Source: Eledone cirrhosa
Lineage: Eukaryota
Reading direction: 5' to 3'
Assembly: GCA_964016885.1 (NCBI GenBank)
Contig: CAXHJY010001157.1
Coordinates: forward strand, 62,001-126,000
DNA length: 64,000 nt
A model generated the notes under the pieces. The model saw only the letters and a list, made by a program, of their open reading frames with translations. It did not search any database and was not told the DNA's origin. Below, piece after piece: positions 27,722-38,336 of this stretch. Position numbers and translations under genes: made by a program. How positions within the stretch are numbered: the first letter of the stretch is position 1; every line of letters begins with the position of its first letter.

Positions 27722-28205
27722 CTAAAGACCCTGACGTGAAGGCACTGTGTAGGCTGCGGACGAGGGCCATTGCAAACTGACGGTAGTAGATGGAGTCAGG
27801 ACAGATGTTGGCTGAACTGCCCACTGTAGCTGGCCAGAACTTGATTGGTCTTGGAAACCCAATGAACAGAAGTGGTAGGGTAAAAAGGGGCAGTAGTGGG
27901 GCACTTATAACCGTGGTAACAGCTATCAGTAATAACACGACCGGCAGGAAGATGATGGATAGGCAGAATATAGTGCCTGTTCCTTGTCGTCTTAGTTTTC
28001 GGTCAGTGAGCGAAGTGACAAGGATGGTGAGGAAGAAGAAAACCTTGTTAATGAACTGAATGAAACGATCTCGCAGAAGGCTAAGACCCAGAAGAAGTAG
28101 GGGAGCAAATTGTCGTTTTAACAGCCAAATATCCACTGGTTTCATCAGGATGAAGAAATGGCAAAGAGAAACCTCAAAGAGAGCTTGCACTGTACTCTGC
28201 CAAAC
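27722..28205 (-). CDS. PCNX4: PCNX4 coding exon 5 (VWQSTVQALFE...SAPLLPLFTLPLLFIGFPRP...GSLG)
   Basis: 484 nt, AG acceptor and GTGAGT donor; 'PLLPLFTLP.F..GFPRP' pecanex motif. Confidence 0.92.
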
Positions 28206-28283
28206 CTGAAATTAAGGGAACAGATGATTACTTAACAAACAACAACAGTATCAACAGAAGCAACAATAAAAACTAATAATAAT

Positions 28284-28470
28284 TGTTTCTACTTTTGGCA
28301 CAAGGCCAGCAATTATCCCAGTGTATTACTAGTACTTTATTTTATCGAACCCGTAAGGATGAAAAGCAAAGTTAACCTCGGCGGGATTTGAACTCAGATC
28401 GTAAAGGGACGTAATGTGCTGCAAAGCATGGCGTCCGACCCTCTACCAATACTGCCAATCCACCGCCCTT
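28284..28470 (-). mobile_element. Full-length tRNA-derived SINE with an 18-bp TSD
   Basis: TSD ataaaaactaataataat at 28266-28283 and 28471-28488. Confidence 0.85.
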
Positions 28471-28693
28471 ATAAAAACTAATAATAATATTAATAATTTA
28501 GCTGTGTGTATCTGGTTTTGAATAGGTACACCATCTAACTGGGTAAGCCATAGTAAAGGCAACCTGACTTGGAGAGCAGTCACTTTCAATAAAATCTGAT
28601 AACATGGCAGAGAGGGTTCTTGAGTCCTGACAGATAACCTCTCTAGAGCTGGTTACACTATAAAATACATTCAGTGGTTGGTGATAGAAAGCC

Positions 28694-28725
<32 letters not shown>

Positions 28726-28843
28726 AACACAATTAGCAAAATTTATAATATAAACACTAATTGCTCTATGACCTGTCTATACAAACATAGAAAAGCAGAT
28801 GTGATGATTATCGTGATGGTGATGACATAATTGTGAAGCTTAC

Positions 28844-28977
28844 CCATCTGAAACTGCGCATGATCCCTAAGGACCACCATATAAGTCTGGTATTGTTCAT
28901 CTGGTCGATGAGAGGGATAGATGACTGGACAGGTTTCAAACAGACTATCAGATAAGCTATCATCACCATGGGTCCAG
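28844..28977 (-). CDS. PCNX4: PCNX4 coding exon 4 (AGPMVMIAYL...SLGIMRSFRW)
   Basis: 134 nt, AG acceptor and GTAAG donor, phase 1/0. Confidence 0.85.
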
Positions 28978-29899
28978 CTGAAATGAATGGGTACATGGTG
29001 TTAATAAGGGTATGAGAAGATTAAGATGAGCTTGAAGGATATACACATACTATAAATAGAACATACATACACAGACATACTATACATAGAATATGCACAC
29101 ACACACACTATATCTAGAACATACATACACATACTACATATAGAACATACTCTGTGTCGTTTGCTTTGTTATTTCTGTTTACCTTTCGCATACTTATATA
29201 TATATATATATATATATATCAGATAGGGTGTGGTAAAAAACCAGGTGGACCATAACCCACCAGAGTACTCAATATTTGGGGTAGTAGAGTGGGTAATATG
29301 AAAAGATTCAGGACCCCGACAGCTGAGCTCCGACTGTTTCGACAGCTAGATCTGAACTAAAGTGCCAGTATGCAAATACTGGTGCTTTAGCTCGGATCTA
29401 GCTCAAAACAGCCAAAGCTCAGACGTTGGGGTCCTGAATCTTTTCATATATATATATATAAAGCAGGAAAGAAGAGTGACACGGTTTGCTATACAAAAAA
29501 GGTTTTTAATCTCATTGCTGACAATTGTTTCTCTGAACTGGTAGGTCTAGAGATTGCTACCCGCATGTTTTCATGTTATTCGATCACCAATACAAAGTTA
29601 TAACCAGTCAATTTATCGGAGCTTGTGAGAATGACGTACCAGTTCAGAGAAACAATTGTCAGCAATGAGATTAAAAACCTTTTTTGTATAGCAAACCGTG
29701 TCACTCTTCTTTCCTGATTTATCATTACTCCAAGTGTTTACAACATAGGAATTACCGCGTACTCGCAGCATCACTATGGAAACGCCTTGTTGAGTCAAAC
29801 TTAGTCAAGCGTTGATATCATCCACTACCCGGAGTACCATAACTGGACTACCTATAACAATAATTTGTTACCCCGTATATATATATATATACAATTATA

Positions 29900-30831
29900 C
29901 AATACATAAACAGAGAAAGCCTTAAGCGATACTCCGACCAACTCCATCTCACTCAACAAACATTAGGATATACTTAAGTATTATCCCAATTTAGTGTTTG
30001 GGGTGCTAACTAATAAGTATTTCATGGATAGCTGCTTGTATTATTTTATATGAGACATTATTAAATAAATATCTCTTTCCTTCCAGACGGCCGTTTCGTT
30101 ATAAGATTTCTACAATTTGGGATAAATAATTTCCAGGTTATGTAGAAGCTTGTATATAATCCAAGCGGGCTCTTATAAACTCATCAGTTGATGCCCAAAT
30201 AATATCGATATAAGAATTATATCGACATTAATAGAATGGTGATGGTCTCTGTCAGCGCTAAGAAGAGACTGGTAGATTAGAAAATCCAGCAGTCCTCCCA
30301 AAGAAAAAATACACGCTGTCCCCAAAAGGGTAAAGGGAGGTCATCTTAAAATAAAACAATATACATGCTGGTCATTTAAACCTGTTAGGTATTAACCACG
30401 TGTATAAGAACTCAATTGGAAATTAAAAGAATAACCATATGTATACACAACCAATGCACACAGAGATATTAAAACGTAATAAATACATGTATGGATCACC
30501 CATATACACTCATAGCCATTCTCTAAGGCTAAATCAGACATGGGATACAAGGAAAATTAATCAGTATTTCATATAAAAAATAATAATAATAAAGAGAGTC
30601 ATACCTTATATCTGGAAATCATATCAGGCCCCCAAGAGTATATATTCAATACATAAACAGAGAAAGCCTTAAGCGATACTCTGACCAACTCCATCTCACT
30701 CAACAAACATTAGGATATACTTAAGTATTATCCCAATTTAGTGTTTGGGGTGCTAACTAATCAGTATTTTGTGGATAGCTGTTGTATTATTTTATATGAG
30801 ACATTATTAAATAAATATCTCTTTATTTCCA
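29900..30831 (-). mobile_element. Non-coding element with ~185-bp direct terminal repeats (747-bp period), carrying a hammerhead ribozyme (retrozyme-like)
   Basis: Repeats at 29900-30085 and 30647-30831; flanked by (TA)n; hammerhead motif abuts the first repeat. Confidence 0.75.
30081..30192 (-). ncRNA. Type I hammerhead ribozyme motif with extended stem II and short palindromic stem III
   Basis: Minus strand: tcaa-CTGATGA-gtttataaga...tcttataac-GAAA-cggccg-TC/tgga; both conserved boxes intact; stem I short with one mismatch. Confidence 0.7.
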
Positions 30832-30981
30832 TATATATATAAATATATATATGAATGTATATATAGTGTATTTTGCAATACACTGTATGCTTCATTAAAA
30901 GCATTTCGAAGACCTTATGCTATTGTTTTAGAGTAGTGACAGTCTCACTTACTTTAATTTTCAGCAAACAGGGGCAGATAA

Positions 30982-31026
30982 AGCTGACAGAGCTATGTTT
31001 CGTACTGATTGGTACTTATCAAAGCC
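30982..31026 (-). ncRNA. Degenerate minimal hammerhead ribozyme
   Basis: Minus strand: ggct-TTGATAA-gtac caatca gtac-GAAAC atagctct GTC-agct; stems I-III pair, but the core has two substitutions versus CTGATGA. Confidence 0.5.
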
Positions 31027-31290
31027 AAGTACCCCACTTGTTTGCTGAAAATCCTGAATGTTTGATTCTTATAGAATTTCTAGTAATAATCAGGAACTGA
31101 TTATACAGAGCGGTTGCCGGTCAAGCAGAAATTGAAAATTAGAATTGGCGCTCTGTTATTACATTGAGCTATTTATCTTACTGGTAATAAGGTAGTAATA
31201 AATTACTGTCTTTCACTATTTAGGGTTTAAAATATATATAACTATAAAAGGTTTTAGTATATACATAACCATAAATAGTATCCTTAATAC

Positions 31291-31350
<60 letters not shown>

Positions 31351-31405
31351 AATATATATAAATATATATATAAATATATATATATATAAATATATATATA
31401 AATAT

Positions 31406-31440
<35 letters not shown>

Positions 31441-32812
31441 GTTTTGCGAGGTTTTTTATATGAAATCGTGTGTCGAAACAAATATTGTTATACTTGGGGA
31501 GGGTCATATTTGTGTAATATTGCCAGAATTAATAACAGAACACACTCACTGTTTGGTTGGTTTTCGCTTCTCGCTGTCTTTTATATCGGTAATCTAACTT
31601 ACTCGGTCCTCAATGTTGCCATTGACTGACCGACGGTCAAAAATAATACAGATACAATATAGACACAAACACATATATATAGTTTATCATAAATCTTTCG
31701 TTGCACATCTGCAACATCGTCAGTGGTGTTATATTTTCCTCCTGTTGTGTTGTATGTCTACGCCATTTTTATTCAGTCTGTCTATATATTTATTTATTTA
31801 TTTGCTTGTTTGTTTATTTTATTTTGTCTTCTTTGCGCATGCGTTTGCGTGTGTGTATAGTGTTATGTTTGCTGGTGATGGGTGACTAGTGTGTGTTTAT
31901 GTGCTTGTTGTTATTGCGCTTGTGTATGTATTTATTTATTTATCTTATTTTATTTACTTATTTATACTTCTCTTAGGTCAGTGTTGTTTGTTTGGGTGTT
32001 GTTGTTATTCCATTCATTCTTTCTGTTTAGATATGGTCTTCTAATTTCTATTTTACTGGCCTCTCTGATTTGCCTATATGCTGGGTCATTTCTATGTTTA
32101 GATATTATTCTAATTTCTATGTTGTCTATGTTACCGTCATGTTGTTGTCTAGCATGTTCATATAGTACTGACCCGTTTTTTCGTCCTTTTAGTTCCCCCC
32201 AGTGTTGGTCTATCCTTTCACCTATCTATGCTACGAGCTGTCTCACCTATGTATGTTGTTGTCATGTTTCTGCAAGTACCCTCTGTACATCTTATTCTAT
32301 AGACTACGTTTCTAGTTTTACAGTTTATCCGGGGGTTCACCTTACATATGATACATTTCCTATTGGTACAGTGGGTTTTCTTAAAAGGGTAGGTTTTGCT
32401 GATCAGGGATTTTATGGTGGTTCCTGGCTTTTCTACCACCTTTATTTTTAAGTGGGTCTTTCTCAGGGCCTTTCTACACTGGTTAGCTAATTTCCCTCCA
32501 GGGGTGGCGTCCACAAACATGACACTCTGGTATCTCTGGTTGTCGTACCATGAGGTGGCTTTCCCTATCTTATGTCTAGCCCTATCTAAGCTATTCCATG
32601 ATTTGCTCCTGTATAATGGGCAAATTCCTTTCATGTCCAGTTCTATGAGGGTCTTATACTTTTCCATGGCTCCTTCGTATACTCTGACTTTGTCTCTTTG
32701 GTTGTAGCCAGAGAACTGCATGCGGTTGATGAAGTGTTGGATGTGTCTTTCCATTTCTGTTGGGTCGCACATGCGGGACACATTCTTCATCACTCGTACC
32801 AAATCAGATTCT
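31441..32812 (-). mobile_element. Penelope-like element (Neptune-type), 5'-truncated: end of RT/linker with Cys motif, GIY-YIG endonuclease and 3' region
   Basis: 'HCTNRKCIIC...CKTRNVVYRIRC...C...YIGETARS...SVLYEH...RQIREA.KI....PYLNRKNEW'; frameshift near 32220; ORF ends ~31962; abuts (TA)n. Confidence 0.85.
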
Positions 32813-33007
32813 GTCTACAAAATTTCTCTCACAAGGCATTGATCAGCCAAAGGCTATATTTGAAGATATATCAGGCTAAAGTACAACAGGATTGAACCCG
32901 AAGTAATGTGGTTGTAAAGCAAACTTCTTAACATAACCATAACATAACCATAACATATAAAGAACAAAACACAAAAAATATTTAAAAAAAACTTTCTCTG
33001 TACTGAC

Positions 33008-33858
33008 CCCATTTTATGATGCACTTCCTGAGGAAACCGAAAACCTTGAGGATGCTCTTTCGTCGCTGGTAAACACTGACACGGTGCACAGTGTGAGGAT
33101 AAAGAGGATTACGCCACAGTCCAAACACCACATACACCCTCTGGATATCTTGTAGTACCTTCTCCACAATACAAAAGCCAACAGTGATGTAACCGAGAGA
33201 GTACCAGGCCAGCTCGGTACTCAGAGCATAATCAAAGAAATAGAGTACTCCAGACTCCAGGATGACACACAAAGTCATCAATGTGTGGTACAACACTTCT
33301 CGGTAACCCCAACTCCACATGAATCCCTGGCTGTAGCCATTGATCCAACTGTCACTAGTAGCGTTGCCACTACTGCCACCACCAATGATGCCTACACCAC
33401 AACCGACCATGCTCCCACCACTACCGCCGCTGCCACCACCACACCTGCCAACACTGCTACCACCAAAACCACCACCACCACCACCACCAAAACCACAACC
33501 ACCTTGTGCTCCACTTGAAGCAACATGAGTGAATTTGTCTTTCATGAGATTCGCTTTGTTGTTGTTGTGGATGCTGTTATTATTGTTGTTGTTGCTGCTG
33601 CTGTTGTTGCCGCCGCTATTGTTGCTACTGCAACTGCTGTTGCTGCTGTGGTGGCTATTGGTGGTGCTGGAAGGAAAGGTGGTTGGTGAAGAAGGCGACG
33701 AGGCAATGAGGTGCTGGACAAGCTGGGTACCAAGTCCTCCCAAGTCCAAGCTGAGCAGATAGCCGAAACCAGCAGCTATCACAATGGATCCCAGCATGAC
33801 AGGCATGTAGAGAACAACCAGGTAGATACACACAGACAGAGCCAACATCAAACACGAC
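33008..33858 (-). CDS. PCNX4: PCNX4 coding exon 3 (TM segments with an S/N/G low-complexity insert; ...QRVYVVFGLWRNPLYP...)
   Basis: 851 nt, AG acceptor and GTCAGT donor, frame-consistent with flanking exons. Confidence 0.87.
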
Positions 33859-34774
33859 CTGAAGGAAGAAAAAAAAAACAAACAAAAAGTTAATAAATAC
33901 ACAATCACATGAATAACAAATATATATATCATCATCATTGATACATCCATTAGAGCAGTTAGCAGTAATCAGTAGAGCTTCATACAAAATGCTTTGCAGC
34001 ATTTAGTTATGGTTATTTTACATTCTGAGTTCAAATCCTGCCAAGGTTAGCCTTACCTTTCATCCTTATGGTGTTGATAAAATAAAGCACCAATTATGCA
34101 TTAGGGATGATTTAATCGACTTTCCCCTCCCCAAACATTATTGGCCTTGTGTCTAAAGTAGAAACCATTATTATACATCCATGCTTGCATGGGTTGGATG
34201 GATAGTTTACAACATGAGGTGCACACCCCACAGGGAGGAGGGGGGAATTTGAATATTTAAGGGGTCATTTGAAAATGAGATTAATGAGAACAAACCTCAA
34301 GTTTTACTTTATTACTTTTACACCAAGGTAACTTTGGTGCATGTTGGGTGTAAATGGATCCTACATGGATTTCAACTGAATAGAGATAACATAAGGCAGA
34401 GAGGACTCTTCAGTCTTATCAAATAGTAGTGCCGCTATGATAAAATGCTCCCACTGTCCCCTGTAAAGTGGTTGCTCATAAGAAGGCATATAGCTGTAGA
34501 AACCATAACACAAAATGGAATCTGAGCAAGGTATGGTATCTAAACTGCTTTGTTTCAAACCATGATAACACATCCAGCCCATACCAGAATGGAAAACAGA
34601 TGTAAAACAATGATGATCATCAATGAATATTCCAGTTATTTGATCGATGGGACTAACTCATTGTTTTGTAGTTTACGTGGCTGAGTATTCCATAGACAAC
34701 TGTAACTTTAATGTAATCCTCAGTGTGATGCCGTGTTTCACAAGGTTGGCCCTTTAAACTACAAGTACAATCCG

Positions 34775-34810
<36 letters not shown>

Positions 34811-35215
34811 ATCAGGGCCCAAAATTTGACTACCCACATCCTTGAGGGATGAATACAAAGGAAAAGGGCTAGGGTACAGCAGAAAAGGAGATGGACAGGA
34901 AGGAGTTTGGTGGAATGTACAGCAATGGCAAGAGACAGGAAAAGATGGAGAGTACTGGTCCCTAAGTCCATGACCCTCAGATATGAGGATGGGATGAGAG
35001 TGAGTGAGTGAATGTGTATGCACAGAACTATCTAAACATTGTATTATAATGTAAGGGACTAAGTAGACCACAGACATTTGTACCTTTTAATATAATCCTC
35101 AATATAAGAAACATGCTGCTGGATGCAGCATGGCTGAGTGGATAAGAGGTTCGTTTCACAATCATTAGGTCCAGGGTTTGGTCCCACTGTGTCATCTTAG
35201 GCAAGTTTTACTTAA

Positions 35216-35345
35216 CCCTTTAGCATTTAAACTAGCCGTATCCGGCCAGAATTCTCTCACCTCTTTCTGCTCAAATCAGCTGTAACTGGCTGCTCATACC
35301 GATGTTAAGGTATTGTTCTCATAGAGTAATGTAAATGCTAAAGGG
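35216..35345. mobile_element. piggyBac-type MITE family A, internally deleted
   Basis: TTAA flanks and intact TIRs. Confidence 0.75.
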
Positions 35346-35506
35346 TTAATATAGCCTTATGTTGACCCGTTCATTGTGAGGGAAAGTGGGTTCTTGTCAG
35401 ATGGATTGTACCTGTAATTCAAAGTCACAAAGTGTCATACTGAATACTCTGAAAGTCATTGTTGAAACTGGTAGCAGTCCGTTCTGACAACAACAACAGC
35501 AACAGC

Positions 35507-35541
<35 letters not shown>

Positions 35542-35588
35542 AAATAACAATATTTGAGAAGATCAATAAATGAAGGAGGTGCTATTAC

Positions 35589-35768
35589 CTGAGGTTTGAA
35601 GCCATTGGAGATCCACCTAAGAGGAACACATGGCTTTGTTCAACCAACCAGAGGAGGCCAGCATCTATTGGTGGTAACATACCAAATGTCCAGCATAGAG
35701 GCAAGCAAGCCATGAAGATGTGAAGTATCTGGTTAGCAAGCATGAGGTCATAAGATGAAGGATATTGT
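35589..35768 (-). CDS. PCNX4: PCNX4 coding exon 2 (...LPLCWTFGMLPPIDAGLLWLVEQSHVFLLGGSPMASNLR)
   Basis: 180 nt, AG/GT, phase 2/2; pecanex motif 'GxLPP...EQ....LGGS'. Confidence 0.9.
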
Positions 35769-35837
35769 CTGAAAAATATATAAAAATACACATTTTAACC
35801 CTTTTGATTCGAACATGGCAATAACAAACTCTTTTAA

Positions 35838-36081
35838 TCCTTTAGCATTTAAACTGGCCGTATCCAGCCAGAATTCTTTCACCTCTTTCTGTTCAAACCG
35901 GTTGTACTGGCTATTCATACTTATGTTAAAGTATTGTTCTCAAAATAAATAATTGTTTCTACTTTTAGTACAAGGCCAGCAATTATCCCAGTGTATTACT
36001 GAATATCAAGATATAATGCGAGATAAAGCCTTTACAGTGAAAATATAATAATAAATATAGAGTAATGTAAATGCTAAAGGG
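35838..36081. mobile_element. piggyBac-type MITE family A containing a SINE 3' fragment
   Basis: TTAA flanks; SINE tail sequence at ~35953-36000. Confidence 0.7.
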
Positions 36082-37060
36082 TTAAAGGATATATATAAGA
36101 ACTATATGTTAAGTTACTATTTTAATAATGAAGTAATTAATAATTTTATTAAATCCCTCCAAATGCTTTAGTGAATTAGTCTATTTCATGAGAAATGCAA
36201 CCCTGGAAAGATGAATGAAATAATAATTCATGATAAAGATACAAGATTATAAATTTAATTTGATTCCCCACAATGAATTGCACATGCCTTTGAGCAAGAC
36301 ACTTTATTTCACATTACTCCACTTTCCTCAGCCAAAAGTGAGTATCAGGAGCAGCTAAAAGTTAGCCATGCAGCGAACTGACATCCCATCCAGGGAGAAG
36401 TCTTGTACTCTCAGTCATTTAATGCCAATGAAACTAGGATAAGCTAGGGGTTTTGTCCAACCTGTGCAAGCATAGAGACACAGATGTAAAACAATAATTC
36501 TAACACCATGACAATAAATGTAATGGACTGGAAGGTGTTGGTTTAAAGATAGAGACATCAAGTTGGGTTTTTTTCACTGTAATATTTCAAGGTATAAGGA
36601 ATGGCATAGCAAGTGTCTGTTGTTTCTGATAATACAGGAACAGCATCATTCATTAACAATTAGTATATGTAGTTGCAGTTTAATTCTAATGAGGTGAGTT
36701 GGCAGTTGTTAGAATATTGGATGGAATACTTTCAGCTATTTGTCCTGGCTCACTGTACTCTGAGTTCAAATACTACAAGGTCAACACTGTCTTTTATCCT
36801 ATCGAGGTGGATAAAAAAGTACCAGTTCAGTAGTAGGGTTGATCCTTCCTCTCCATCTCTCTTTCACTTACTCTGGAAGAAATCAATTGTTTTCAGACCT
36901 GGAGAAGGATGGGCTTTGCCAAGCTGAAATACTTTATGTCATGATGGTGCTCCTATGACCCCATCAAGAGTTTAGTGCCCATGGATGGAGTTTAACTCTG
37001 TAGTGAAAGTAATTGATGGTTAAGCTAAGACGACAATAATCCTAGCCAAGATTGGTTTAA

Positions 37061-37268
37061 CCCTTTAGCATTTAAACCGGCCATATCTAGCCAGAATTCT
37101 CTCACCTCTTTCTGTTCAAACCGGCCGTAACTGGCCACTCATACTGATGTTAAGGTATTGTTCTCAAAATAAATAATATCAAAATCTCATAGATTCTATA
37201 TTATGTGAGATAAAGCCTTTACTGTGAAAATACAATAGTAAATATAGAGTAATGTAAATGCTAAAGGG
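37061..37268. mobile_element. piggyBac-type MITE family A (208 bp)
   Basis: Perfect 14-bp TIRs CCCTTTAGCATTTA / TAAATGCTAAAGGG; TTAA on both sides. Confidence 0.85.
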
Positions 37269-37479
37269 TTAACTCTGTGGTGGAAGTAATTGATGGTTAG
37301 GGTAAGATGATAACAATCCTAGCAAGGATTGGTTTAAATCACCTTTGGTGGTCGTTGCATTTATCAAGAGGCTTCTCCCACATGGGTCTCCTTGAGGTCA
37401 AAAGCTAGGCTATGAAACAGGTAAAATTGGTTTACACGATTACTAGTAGCAGATTACTTGACATGATGTAGTAATTTAT

Positions 37480-38250
37480 GGCATGGTAGTGTGGTGACCT
37501 ATGACCTGGTATGACGTACCTTTATGAACTGGTAGTAGGGTACCTATGACCTAGTATGATGTTGGTACCTTATGACATGGTATAGATGTGGTACCTTATG
37601 ACCTGGTATGATGTTGGTACCTTATGACCTGGTATGATGTTGGTACCTTATGACCTGGTAAGATGTTGGTACCTTATGACCTGGTATTGATGTTGGTACC
37701 TTATGACCTGGTATTGATGTTGGTACCTTATGACCTGGTATTGATGTTGGTACATGGCATGGTAGTGTGGTGACCTATGATCTGGTATGACGTACCTTTA
37801 TGAACTAGTAGTAGGGTACCTATGACCTAGTATGATGTTGGTACCTTATGACATGGTATAGATGTGGTACCTTATGACCTGGTATGATGTTGGTACCTTA
37901 TGACCTGGTATGATGTTGGTACCTTATGACCTGGTATGATGTTGGTACCTTATGACCTGGTATGATGTTGGTACCTTATGACCTGGTATGATGTTGGTAC
38001 TTTATGACCTGGTATGATGTTGGTACCTTATGACCTGGTATTGATGTGGTACATGGCATGGTAGTGTGGTCACCTATGATCTGGTATGACGTACCTTTAT
38101 GAACTCTTAGTAGGGTACCTATGACCTAATGACATGGTATGATTTTGGTACCTTATGATCTGGTATGATTTTGGTACCTTATGATCTGGTATGACCTTGT
38201 ACCTTATGACCTGGTATGACGGGGTACCTTAAGATCTGGTATGACGTGGT
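37480..38250. repeat. 25-26-bp minisatellite organised in three higher-order blocks
   Basis: Unit ggtaccttatgacctggtatgatgtt; header ggcatggtagtgtggt at 37480, 37756, 38055. Confidence 0.9.
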
Positions 38251-38336
38251 CAAATAATAATTCATATCTGATTCATACAACCATTGACACTACAGATACA
38301 TTTAGAAATCAAATGTACAAAAGTGATTAAACTTAC

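Noticed and set aside
29727-29797. Possible hammerhead (actc...catag/ctatg GAAAC gcctt GTT gagt)
   Set aside because: Stem-like pairings exist but there is no CTGANGA box.
31220-31507. YIYI-type ORFs (also at 497-748 and 60541-61575)
   Set aside because: Translations of (TA)n and (CA)n microsatellites.
33285-33893. Plus-strand Pro-, Thr- and Leu-rich ORFs
   Set aside because: Antisense shadows of the PCNX4 exon 3 low-complexity tract.
37480-38250. 25-bp repeats as a CRISPR-like array
   Set aside because: Repeats are head-to-tail with no unique spacers; this is an intronic minisatellite.
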